Shown here: positions 36,939 to 49,184 of the stretch, piece by piece
Numbering within the stretch: position 1 is the first letter of the stretch
Layout: each line of letters starts with the position of its first letter
NCBI RefSeq assembly: GCF_001194135.2
Contig: NC_068982.1
Coordinates: forward strand, 35,718,155 to 35,782,154
Length of the DNA: 64,000 bases
Direction of reading: 5' to 3'
Source of the DNA: Octopus bimaculoides
Lineage: Eukaryota
Made by a program: the position numbers and the translations under genes
The notes under the pieces: generated by a model
What the model saw: only the letters and a program-made list of their open reading frames with translations
The model's database searches: none
What the model was told of the DNA's origin: nothing

Positions 36939-39035
36939 CTAAAAGCATCCATCTGTAATGCAATGATTAAAAAATGTTAAAGAACCACAAACACGCAGTC
37001 TTTTCAGATAATCACAGATTAGTTTTAACACTTTAGGATTTAAACCAATTATATCAGGTGCACATATTCAACTTGGTTTATTTTCAATGTGGCCAGATCC
37101 AGCCTCTCACACCTATCCTACAATGTCATTCTAAAAATTTCAAAGATATGAGATAATCCATGATTAATTACAAAAACTGTGAATAAATAAATATTAGATT
37201 TGACAGAGTAATCTGAATGCTAAGGGATTAAATTAACAACGTTTTAGACACAAGCAAACTTTTGGGGGAACTTCAAACTGAAGACCTTTCAGCTTGGATG
37301 GACAAGTTATTTATTTTATATTGCAATTAGTAAACAATAACGTTGTTGGTTATGGTTTTCCGACGAAACAGTTACTGATTTACTGAATTTCTGACAGTCA
37401 GAGTGACAAAAGTATGTCTGTGTAATTCAGTACAGAACAAATATCCTTTCTACTATAGGAACAAGACCTGAAACGTTGTGGAGAGTGGCTAAACGGTTAC
37501 ATCAACCTCAGTAAGCAAATGATACTTATTTTATTGACACCCCCCCCCCCCACACACACACACACTAAAGGATAAAAAACAAATCGACCTTGACGGAATT
37601 TGAACTCAGATAAAAAAATCAGAAGAAATTCCGCTCAGCATTTTGTCTTGTATGCTAACAATTCTGCCAGCTTGCTGAATTTCACTTCAGAACAAATAAT
37701 CTCAGAGGACTTCATTCAAGTAGCACCGGTTTTCTGTTTTCTAGCTGATATTTTATTTTTTGCCTGTACCAGCAAAAGACGCAAGCGTGTATGTGTGTGC
37801 GCACATGTGGGTATTATTTGACAAGCTTCCATACAGTTTCCACCTCTCAAATTCTACTCACAAGATATTGATCAACTTGTGGTTATGACAGGAAGACACT
37901 TACCCAAAATTCTGTGCAGTGGAATCGAACATGGAACCAAGTGGTTGTGAAGCAAATGTTCTTAACTATAACAGTATAAAGCACTTCACAAGTTTGTGTT
38001 CCGTTGGTTTCTAACTAGATCCATAATACCCGACCTGGCTGGCATTGGACTGTAGGGTAATGATTGGCTCGCTGCAGTAGGCGGGAGGCAGCCTTAGGAG
38101 GTGTAGGGCCCAATTGGGAACAATTTTGGTGGGCCCCAGGTTCCAAGTCAACTTGCACCAAGGTCTATAGAATCATGAAAATATAAAAATCCAGCCTTTG
38201 AAACTATGCTACCATGTGGTGCCATGTAAAAGCTCTCAATTCACACTGTAAAGTGGTGGCATTAGGAAGGACATCCAGCCACAAAAAACATGCCAAACCA
38301 GATGGGTGCCAGACGTAGCTCTTGGCTTGTTGGCCCGTCAAACCATCCAGCTTGTGACAGCATGGAAAACGGATGTTCAATGATGATGATGATGATAATA
38401 TGCATATATATACATACACATATGTATATATCTATATGTGTGTGTATATATATATATATATATATGTATGGGAGCAATCGGCTTAAGTCGGCCCTGGCAG
38501 TAGGAAACAATTTTCTCACTATGAACATGGCAGTGATATGTTAAAGACTGCAGCTGAGAGTGAAGGATAAATGGTAACATGAAATAACTGGTATATTGTT
38601 AAAGTGGTCTCAGCAGTCCCTAGCTTGGTGAAGAAGATTCAATGTTGACGGGAAAAAATTTTTTTCGATGATGTTATTTCACAAGAACCCAGGTATTTGC
38701 TGGCAATCTTAACCATCACAATAGCTCTTTTTCCACAGCTTTGTTTTTTTCTTTTCACTGCTTTCGCGGATTCCCATGACTCTCTGCCGCCATCCGATTC
38801 CATTATTATGAATTTGAATTGGAAGCTTGAGTCATAGTGAATCTTTCTTTATCTGATTACACAACCATGGACGTCACCCCTATTGATGCGCTACAGTTAC
38901 TCTCTTCATAGAGCTTAATGATCCTGACCGTTGATTTTCTAGGATTCTTACGTCCAGTATCAATGTAAGGAGTACCGTTAAGCTAACGGTGATTCTTTCC
39001 ACAGCTAAAACACAGAAAAATCTACTCTTCCTTAC

Positions 39036-39094
39036 CAAAAGAAGATGCTGAGGCGTTAAGGATAAAATATAGAACGTAGAAAACAACAACCAGC
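39036..39094 (-). CDS. Candidate second exon (GWLLFSTFYILSLTPQHLLL); alternative candidate exon at 38952-39004 (AVERITVSLTVLLTLILD)
   Basis: Acceptor ttctag and donor TTG|gtaagg; phase 1/0, compatible with the MAALVC first exon. Confidence 0.35.
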
Positions 39095-39733
39095 CTAGAA
39101 CCACCAGAAGTAAAAACATAAAATACGATATAATACATTTATATGTTTGTATACAATCATTTCTAGCTACAACGTAAATACTATAAAATGTTCAACAAAA
39201 ATTATACACAAAATTTCGTATAAAATTTAATGAACTTAAACCAGTCTAAACTATATGAAATTCTAGCACTATAGATTGCAACCGCATTAATCCAAATAAT
39301 TGCTAATTAGACTGTAAGCATAAACTTAAAGATATTGTGTACCAAGTTACTGTAAGAACAGCTTGTTATACATAAAACTTAGTGCAAATATGTTCAAATA
39401 ATGACATAACCAGTTTGTATAACCCTTTTAAAATCAGAATACAAGCAACGACACATTACTTTCGTTTTCATCTGAAACCTAAAATTGAAAACAAACAAAA
39501 AAATCTTCAGAACTACTTTCAATGGTAGATGCCCTGCTCCGCCAGGTCTTAGACCCCCAATAATAAAAAGCCTGCTATGTACAACCGAGAGCTTGGAAAT
39601 TCACATTGCTAAAATTTCTTTTCATAACCGTGGCACACAGTACTTCTCGCCTTGTCAACATTGGAATTTCAATATTTAAAACCGTTAATCTGCCATAACA
39701 GCCAGAAATGCAATATAATACTCAAACACTTAC

Positions 39734-39752
39734 CACATACAAGCGCCGCCAT
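39734..39752 (-). CDS. Probable first coding exon of an unidentified minus-strand gene (MAALVC, phase 1)
   Basis: AAGATGGCGGCGCTTGTATGTG|gtaagt: strong ATG context, Ala-Ala N-terminus and a perfect donor. Confidence 0.5.
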
Positions 39753-39755
39753 CTT
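39745..39755 (-). promoter_or_regulatory. YY1-type motif AAGATGGCGGC overlapping the start codon
   Basis: Exact match to the YY1 consensus, which often overlaps the ATG just downstream of housekeeping-gene start sites. Confidence 0.5.
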
Positions 39756-41130
39756 ACTCCTTAAATTGAATCTCTAAATTTGACATCTTATATAACGCTT
39801 CATTTTTGTATGGATAACACTCTCTTTCTTTTCTCATTTATTTACCTATTTTAAATTATCCACTTATCAAAATTTAAACACTTTATCCTCTTTTAAAAAT
39901 ATATCATCGTTTTTGTACTGATACAACTGCACTTCAAATTCTTACTTTGTTATTTATAACAGAATCACGTCCGTTAATGATCACTTAATGTAAACTTATT
40001 CTATTGGAGCTTTTGAATTTAAGTTAAACCTAATATCACAGTAACAATTTCCAATAAGATGATGTGAATCTCTGTCGGTTTTGTCGATGAGATTCAGTTG
40101 TTCAATCAATCAACTGAACTACCTGCTCATTGAATTAGCAGGCATGTGGCTGAGCATTCCACTGACGTGTATTTTTCATGTAATTCTGAGGCAGAATCAA
40201 CCTGATACATTGTATGACAAGGTTTTACTTTTAGATTGCAGGCCTAATCCATTAGACTGGCTTCCATGGATTTTCCGTTTGCCAGTTTCATTCACAAGGC
40301 TTGGTTCGATCTGAGGTATTAATAAAAGACCGAGATGCCAAGCGGTAGGATCGAACCTGAGATCCCAAAATTACAAAGTAAGCTTCCTAATCATTCAGCC
40401 ACCCTGCGTCTGTTAATCATCAGCACAGTATAATCATTAGTATATATCTTACTTGCCAACACCTTTTATTACAACATATTTTTATAGTCTAACACATCGT
40501 ACCATCCCTGCACTAAAGCTTACCTCTGCTAACATTTTAACTTCAATAAACACCCAAATACACGAGTTATCTTCTAAACCTAGGTGCAGGCATGGCTATG
40601 TGGTTAAGTTGTTCGCTTTGTACCTCCGTGGTTTCGGGTTCAGTCCCACTGTAAAGCCTTTTGAGCAAATGTCTTCTATTTTAGCCCTGAAACGACTAAT
40701 ACCTCGTAAGTCAATTTGGTAGACTAAAACTGTGTGAAAACTCGTCGAGTACATACGTACGTGTGTGTGTGTGTATATGTGCATGTATGTATGTATGTAT
40801 ATGTGTGCATCTTTGTGTTTGTGTAAGTCCTCTGCCCTGCGCTGGACAACTGGTGTTGGTTTGTTTGCGTACCCTAATTAAGCAGTCTGACACAAGAGAC
40901 TGATAGAACCAGCGCCAGACTTTAAAAAGTTGTAATGGGATCAATTTGTTCGACGAAAACGCTTCAGGGCAACGCTTCAGTATAGCTGAAGTTCAGTGAC
41001 TGAAACAAGTATATGATAAAAGATATGTTTTTCACATTCATATAATAAAATTGTACTTAATACAAACTTGGACAAACTCGCCATGTAAAAATATCACCTT
41101 AGCTCTTTAGCATTAAGGTTATTCCGTCAA

Positions 41131-41470
41131 ATGTGGAGGCACAATGGCTCAGTAGTTAGAGCAGCGGACTCGTGGTTTCGATTCTCAGACCGGGCGTTGT
41201 GGGTGTTTATTGAGCGAAAGCACCTAAAGCTCCACGAGGCTCCGGCAGGGGGTGGTGGCGAACCCTGCTGTACTCTTTCACCACAACTTTCTCTCACTCC
41301 TTCTTCCCGTTTCTGTTTCTGCCAGCCTTGTCACACCCTGTGTCACGCTGAATCTTCCCGAGAATTACGTCAAGGGTATACGTGTCTGTGGAGTGCTCAG
41401 CCACTTGCACGTTAATTTCACGAGCAGGCTGTTCCGTTGATCGGATCAACTGGAACCCACGTCGTCGTAA
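41131..41470 (+). mobile_element. tRNA-derived SINE, family D
   Basis: Head tgtggaggcacaatggctcagtagttagagcagcggactc...ggtttcgattc; body shared with the second copy at 52978-53345, which ends in (caa)n. Confidence 0.8.
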
Positions 41471-42978
41471 CATTCTGTCAAATGTAATACTTATTTATTC
41501 TCATCGTTTTAAAGTAATTATGCATTGTCTCATAATTTCGAAATTTTTCTATTATTACTAGTTTTAGAATGACATTGTAGAGTAGGTGTGAGAGGCCGGA
41601 TCTGGCTGGCTTGAACATAAAACATATTTGAGCTGGATATGGCCGGTTTGAATGTTAAACAATTAGAACTAGAACAGCATGTCGAAATCCGAACAAAACA
41701 CATTGTTCTCTCTTTCTTCAAATATTTTGCACCTTGATTAGTAATAAATGTCACAGTGACCTCCCATATAGAAAATTCCCCCTAAGCTTTTCACAAATGA
41801 ATGAATATACAGTCATTCGATAAATTGGATTATTTCTTTCCCTTAAAATTAGACTGTTTTCGAAAACCCACAAAAACAATTTTTTCTCCTTTTTCATTTT
41901 GCTTTAGCAGATTCGCACTTAAACCGTTACCATGTAGTTTCAATCAGGCACATATACACGCGCACGCACGCACATACATCTGGAAAGTGAATCATACATT
42001 TACTAAAAACATATCAGACATATATTAAAAAGAACAGTAAACTGTGTAAACGAATACACATACACAACGAAAAATACAAATATAGCTATCAATGAAAACA
42101 TCTAACTTATAAATTGAATCACAACCAAATCACTGTTTGCTTGCTTTCGTTTTTTACATATTTTTTCAATAATGAATGTATGAAAACAGACTAATAGACC
42201 TTAAATCATATCACCCGAAGAACCGTTTTGAGGCGAAACTTACAGGATGTAATATCTAGTGATTAACAAAATATAGATTTGGAGAATAGCTGACAGACAA
42301 AAGCTGTAATTTGATGTATGCTTGCAACTGGTTAGATCAGCGCATGTCACCACTTTCCCGTTGCCATAGGACTTTCAGCAGATGGAATAACGAATAAGGT
42401 TATCATAAAAAGATATCTGTAGGTCATTGGATTATAGTACTAAACGCTTAGATTACACGCAATAGAGGACATTAAAACATTCGGACATATAGACGATACA
42501 AAGGCGGACAAGAGAAACAACAATTAGAAGGACAGGCAAAAAAAGACGGGTCATTCGTGGCTTTCTTTCCTCAGTCAAGTTCCAGAAGTGACGACCATTT
42601 CGGGAAGTTACACTTGAGATGGTTCGATCTGGTTGCCCCCAGATATATATATACACGACAGGCTTCTTCCAAATCCACTCACAAGACTTTGGTCGGCCCG
42701 AGTGTCTTCTACCATAAGTAGAAGACACTTACACAAGGTACCACGCAATAGGATTGAACCCAGAAGCATGTGGTTGGGAACAAGTTTTTTTTCCACACTG
42801 CCACGCCTGCGCTTATACACACACACNNNNNNNNNNNNNNNNNNNNNNNNNNNNNNNNNNNNNNNNNNNNNNNNNNNNNNNNNNNNNNNNNNNNNNNNNN
42901 NNNNNNNNNNNNNNNNNNNNNNNNNNNNNNNNNNNNNNNNNNNNNNNNNNNNNNNNNNNNNNNNNNNNNNNNNNNNNN

Positions 42979-43015
<37 letters not shown>

Positions 43016-44164
43016 TGTGTGTATATGTATGTTTGTGTGAATGAGTGTGTGTTTGCGTGTGCGTGTGATTTACGAGTGAAGCTGTGTGATTGAAATTGAG
43101 AAGTTGGAAACTTTGGCATCTTATCGGATGAACTCTACTTGTAATTCAAAGTGCCAGCCTTGTCGCATATTCTTTCAGACTGATTCTGCCCTTGAATTCA
43201 ATTAAAAATACAAATGCCTATGGGATACTTAGCCATTCAATGAATGGGTAATTTCGTTACTCGAAAAACTGAATTACTCGTTGTAGAAACCAAAAGAGAA
43301 TCCATTTTATGTTTTAGTTGCATTACGAGCATAAACATTTTTTATTTTAAGTTTTGTTTTTTGTCCATTGCATGTTTTAGATTTACCATCAATCCATACC
43401 CATGGCTTACCACAAATCTGGGCGGATTCAGACAATCGTCTGGGGACGTGAGAAAGAGTTGCAGTCAGATATTGATACCGAGGAAGAAAAAAGAACGGAG
43501 ACGAGCTGCTGAAATATTGTAACACATCTGCCTTTTTATCGTTGCTTTTAACTGGTGGAAATGAAATATAAAATAAACAATCAAACTGGAAGAGGGTGAG
43601 TATTGCCGGATTTAACCAACTTAATAGTTTGAAAAGGAAGACAGTAAGGTAGAGAAAAGTAAACATAAATTAATACCAAAGGAGGTAGAGAAAGGTATGA
43701 GTGTTCATAAATGTGTGTGAGAGAGAGAGAGAGAACGAGGGAGACAGGTAGAGCCGAGAGAAAGAGGAGTGGAAAACCAAGTTGAACTATAATGGTTATG
43801 ATTCTCCTATCTATTCATAGTTACAGTAAAATGTTTCGAAAATTCTATTATTACTAGAACACTTGGTTACGTAGACAAATGTTTAAGCAGTAAACTTGAA
43901 AATATGACAAGAAAATCGAAAGAAGAGTTTTGCACATTTAATATGTAAGTGAAACTTTAAAACAACGCAACACTTTTATAAATCTCAGCATGTAACTTTA
44001 CATAATTGGACGGACGTTGTTTTTAATTAGAATTTGTCTCGGTCTATATAAACTAAATTTAAAAGATAGAAATATAAAACACACACCCATACACACGCGT
44101 GCGTGCGTGCGTGCGTGCGTGTGTGTGTGTGTTTGTGTGTGTGTGTATACTTTAATATCGAACC

Positions 44165-44706
44165 ATGAGAATGAATGCTCAGCACCGAATTGGTGGATAA
44201 AGTTTCTTTATTTATGGGTTAAGGCTACCATTGATTTTATGCTAAGAAAGAAATCTCTTAATTATCAAGCCTACCACATGGAACATCGTTACTCGTCTCC
44301 ATCTTTGAATTAAAACACGATAAAATCACGTACAATCACGATAAAATAGAAGTTTGATGTAAACATTCCTTGGTGGTATAGGAATATTCTTCAATGATGT
44401 TCTCCGTTCTTTTCCATGGTTTACTTTGATTCTCTATTCGTGCTTAGTGCTTATCCGATCTTTGAGAACGCTGCAATTGGTGATTCATTGATATCAAGCA
44501 ATGAGAATGGGTGCTCAACACTGCATTGGTGGATAAAAATACTTTATTTGTGGATTAAAGCTACCAGTGATTTTATGTTAAGAGAGAAACTCCTTAACAA
44601 TTATGAAGCCTACCATGTGGAACATTCGTGTTCAACACGATAAAATCACGTAAGATCACAATAAAATAGATGCTTGATGTAAACTTTCCTTGGTGATATA
44701 GGAATA
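44165..44706. repeat. Diverged direct duplication: 44165-44386 versus 44501-44706
   Basis: Collinear blocks (ttggtggataaa, gctacca-tgattttatg, aagcctacca, acacgataaaatcacgta, tgatgtaaac-ttccttggtg-tataggaata). Confidence 0.85.
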
Positions 44707-46439
44707 CACAGTACACTCGGATAGGGTGTAATTTATTATTTAAGGGACCAATGTGAAAATCTGAGTGTGTCGTGTTTTCTCACAGTTTAGTTCGTTCCCC
44801 TATACTTTTAGACCATAGCTCAGGAACGCAATTTGCTTAGATCCTTTTTATGCATTATTTTCTAAACCTGCGAAAAGTGTGTTGGAGTGTAAATTTTGAT
44901 ATTGCACCAAACAAAAATTTTAGGAAGTGCGCTTGCACCGCCTGCACCCCCTTTTCCCGGGCCCATACTTTTAGATCCTCGTTGTGGTTACGGCGGAGGT
45001 GAACAAGGGTGGGCTCGCAATTAATGCTTCTCTGCGTTTGGCTGTGGTGGTTTTCCCACTCTTCCACTTTTCATTACGAATGTAATAAAATAAATCTAGG
45101 ATACTAAACACATTTAGTTGAATGTTTTTTTATTGAAATAAACTAAAACCGAAAGCTAGATTTTAAAAGAATCTTCATTAAAAACAAATAAATACTACAA
45201 AATACGTCATTGAAAATATATACGCTTAAACTCATCTCGTTTGGAGCTTAAATCAAATCCATTTATAAATTTAAATAACGAAAACAAGAGCGTTTCCATG
45301 CAAAATAACAACGAAAGCGTTCTTCAAACCATTTTAATCCTATTACCTAATCTGGTATTAAAATTAGAAAGCTTAAGACTTTATCCAATTTGTGACCGTT
45401 AGGGTAGTGAAATAATAAGTGGTGGATTGTTGAAAGAAACAGTTTGTAATCGAATTAAAATTCCTTTACTTTGGATTCAGCCATTTTAATCATGAAGTTT
45501 AGTAGTGTTTCTTTATACCAAACAACAACTAGAAATAGTAGCCAAATCTCACTCAACTTATACCCTATTGTCTTTTTAAATAAACTATATAATAGATATA
45601 ATATAGTTCTTAATTTATAAAAATACAGAATACACGACTGGAACGCCTTTGATTGTGAATCTGTAAAATAAGGGGTGACCCAAGGTTAAACAACTACGCT
45701 TTCATAGCAAGCTGCAAGAATGATAAATATTTTATTGCAAGAGGAGAAAAAACTACTGATCACTTAATGAGAAGTTTAATAGTTATCAATAAAATATTTA
45801 TGAACTGAAATAAATGATAAAATGAAGGCTTTAGTGATGACTTTTCAGTTTTGATCTGCAAACATGTATAGAATGTCTTTCTCTTGTCACTACTGTTTTG
45901 TTTTGTTTTTTGTTTGTTTTGTATTTGGGGGGGGGGTGATTATGTGGTTCTTCCCTCTTTGTCTTATAAATAGATATACATCGCTAATGCGGATGGAGAA
46001 AATATGAGCAACACATATCCAATTTCGCTGTAAATCTGGTGCCTTGTTACAATATAAGAAATCAATATGGACGAATACTTTTGGCGCTACGATGGCAGCA
46101 TTAACATTGACCCTTCCTCCCTTCACCTATCTGTTCAAGTGTGACTGAAAGGAATTAATAAAAGTCACAAAGTCGAGGAGTAAAATCTTTGTTCTCAGTA
46201 CTTTCAATCTTGTCCGTTACAGTGCCATTTACGCTATAGTCACATGACATGGAAAAAAGCTACCCAAAAGAAAAGCAGTCCAGTTATGTTTACTCCGTGC
46301 TCAGACGACAACTGGAAAATCCCACACGCTGCGGCTGAAAGTATGAACCTTTAGAACTTGTTTTATTTTATGCATGTATCCTCATGCAAATAGTTGCATA
46401 TCTAGACATGCTCTTATATGCTTAAATGATAAACTGCTG

Positions 46440-46742
46440 GAAAGTTACAGATTTTTACAGTTCCAGTGATGGAATGGATCTGTAGTCTTCGAATCAGCTT
46501 TCTCCTTTCTGGTTTTGAGAAGCCTAATTTTTCAAGATTGGTATTTAGGCAGTGTTACATATTCCAGTACCCCAATAATTACAGGTATAAACCTGAACTT
46601 GTAATCTGGATAGAGTAACTGCAGATTTCTCAATATTTCAGCGTAGGTATCTTCTTTTTCGTTGATCTCTAGTTTTATGTTAACACCCGCTGGGCTGCTG
46701 ATTTCTACAATTGTACACAGTTTCTCTTCTCTGCCCCAAATC
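46440..46742 (-). mobile_element. 3' fragment of an RLE-bearing non-LTR retrotransposon (R2/R4/NeSL/HERO-type)
   Basis: IWGREEKLCTIVEISSPAGVNIKLEINEKEDTYAEILRNLQLLYPDYKFRFIPVIIGVLEYV resembles the restriction-like endonuclease C-terminus. Stops and frameshifts follow; the fragment is 5' truncated at a (CATA)n tract. Confidence 0.75.
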
Positions 46743-46784
46743 ATTATGTATGTGTGTGTGTATGTATGTATGTATGTATGTATG

Positions 46785-48051
46785 CATGGGTGGTCCTGAC
46801 AATTCATGCCGATTTTTAGTCGTTCATGTTTCAACACGTTAGAACACAGCAAATTTAGCAACACATACAATATGCTTACATTTCCGGTTAGCGCACACTT
46901 TCTTTCTCAAAAGATAGTTATGTCTTGAGAAACAAAGTTTAAAATTACTTAATTCGTGTCAATTTTGCAAAATGGAAGATTATAAGATTCAATTTAGACA
47001 CTTGATGCTTTTTTATTACCGTAAAGGCAAAAATGCCTCGCAAGCAACAAAATGATATATGCTGTGTACAGTGAAGGTGCTTTAGTTGACAGAACTATAC
47101 GGAAGTGGTTCGATAAGTTTAGAGTTGGTGATTGTAGCCCTATTGATGAAGAACGCTCAGGCAGACCTTCCCACTTTAAATGACGACCAAATCAAGACAA
47201 CGCGAGAATTGGCAGAAACACTAAATTTATCAAAATCCACCATCCATGAACACTTAGTGAAGCTTGGGTACTCAAATTGCAACGATGTTTGGGTACCACA
47301 TGATCGGAGTGAAAATAATATTTTAGATCGTATTTCAGTCTGTGATTTGCTGTATAAATGCAATGAAAAGTATCCTTTTTGAAGCAAATTGCGACGGGTG
47401 ATGAGAAATCGATCGTTTACAACAATGTTCAGCGAAAAAGTCCTGGGGTGAGCGACATGAGCCACTTTTAGCCACCTCAAAAGCAGGTTTTCATCCTAAG
47501 AAATTCATGCCCTGCATCTGGTGGGACTAGAAAGGAATCCTGTACTATGAGCTTCTGCCAAGTAACCAGTCAATTAATTTTGGGAAGTACTGCTCGCAAC
47601 TGGACGATTTAACGGCAGCAATTCAAGAAAAACGCCCAGAATTGGCGAACAGGAAAGGTGTTGTTTTGCATCAGGATAATGCCAGACCTCGTGTTTCTTT
47701 GGCGACCCGTCAAAAACGGTTGCAGCTTGGCTAGGATGTGTTACCCCACCCGCCATATTCACCAGACATTGCTCCTACGGATTTTCATTTATTCATGTCC
47801 TTGCAAAATAATCTCAATGGTAAAAATTTTAATTCTTTGGAGGACATAAAAAAAAACCCACCTTAATGAGTTCTTTGCCAAGAAACCGCCAAAACTCCGG
47901 GAAGACGGAATCTTTAACCTGAAGGAAGATAGAGAAAGGTTGTGCAACAAAATGGTTCATATTTAGTTGAATAAATATTTAATAGTATAATTTTTTTTTT
48001 GTCTTTTAATTCCTCTTAAAAATTGGCATGAACTTTCCGGACAACCTAATA
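46785..48051 (+). mobile_element. Near-full-length decayed mariner (DD34D) transposon
   Basis: TIRs ggtggtcctgacaattcatgccgatttt and aaaattggcatgaactttccggacaacc. The transposase from 46972 (MEDYKIQFRHLMLFYYRKGKNASQA) has WVPHD, TGDEK, HQDNARP and HPPYSPDIAPTDFHLF motifs but carries stops and frameshifts. Confidence 0.95.
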
Positions 48052-48717
48052 TGTATGCTTGTATGTAGCTGAACATTGATGATCGTTCTGACATTTAAAT
48101 AAAAAACTTGGCCAAAGACGTAAAAGAAGTCGAACAATTTAATGTAAGGAATATAAGCAGTTAAATGTGGCTGGTAAGGAACAGCAGAGAGATAAGGGAA
48201 CGTGTCCAGGTGGATAGAATTTCAGAGATAAATAAAAATTAACCATTGCAGGATAACTTTTGTTTTAAAAAATTGCTCAAGTGTGTCTGTGTGTGCATAT
48301 GTGTGTGTGTGTGCGTGCACAGCATAAATAAAAAGTAGAGAAAATGAAGTACGAAATCTTGAGAAAGTGTTAGACGTGGTTCTTTAATAGAGGGACAAAA
48401 ATCTTTATTTATAGTTGTTCGGTTGCAGAAAGGATGTCAAAGATAGGATAGGAATATTTAACACCAAAAGTTAATGTTAGTTGAAATGAAATTCATGAAC
48501 AGCGACCAATGGAAATTAATCAGGAAAACAATCAATCAGGGACAAGCTGAATGCGCAATTATGCTTTTGAGCGACTCTTAATAACAAAATATGTAGTCGA
48601 ATTGATGACGTCATCACAGTTAATTTGGCAGGAGATTGAGATGTGGCTAGCGACAATGTAGAAAACATGCATACATATATACATACACACACATACACAC
48701 ACACACACATACATACA

Positions 48718-48748
<31 letters not shown>

Positions 48749-48872
48749 TTATATGGCTCAAAATTGTGCAAAAAGCAAAAAACAAAAGACTGAGACAGAT
48801 GAGGAAACAACAAACAGGGTATATTAGTTTGATGCTCAGGAAAAATGGAAGAGTCTGTAATGTACGTGCGTG

Positions 48873-48921
<49 letters not shown>

Positions 48922-49137
48922 ACTGAGTAGTCTTATTTTTATCACGTGCTTTCAATGCACTATCAAGCGCAGCTCTATGTGCCTTGGGTATTTATTGTGG
49001 TTTGTTTTGATGCTCTTATTTTTACCGTACCGAAAATGTTTTACGTAGGATGTGTGCAGTACTTAGTTGTGCTATTTTCTGTATGTTATATATACTTGTT
49101 AGTCCTGGTGTTTTTGATATGTATTTGTGTGAATATT

Positions 49138-49184
<47 letters not shown>

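Noticed and set aside
36911-36952. Selenocysteine exon (MDAFRT-TGA-YLAMKIK)
   Set aside because: The following exon starts with TAA in that phase, there is no redox motif or recognisable SECIS, and a downstream acceptor gives a clean frame.
38952-39004. Cys-loop receptor M2-like peptide (ERITVSLTVLLTL)
   Set aside because: No M1, Cys-loop or ligand-binding exons were found; the resemblance is too short.
17000-39700. snoRNA host gene explanation for the short-exon minus-strand unit
   Set aside because: I found no properly spaced C box/D box pairs by eye; H/ACA RNAs could not be assessed without a covariance search.
44855-45067. 70-aa ORF in a GC-rich patch
   Set aside because: There is no recognisable domain or good acceptor, and the ggggtgcaggcggtgca motif looks like DNA-transposon subterminal sequence.
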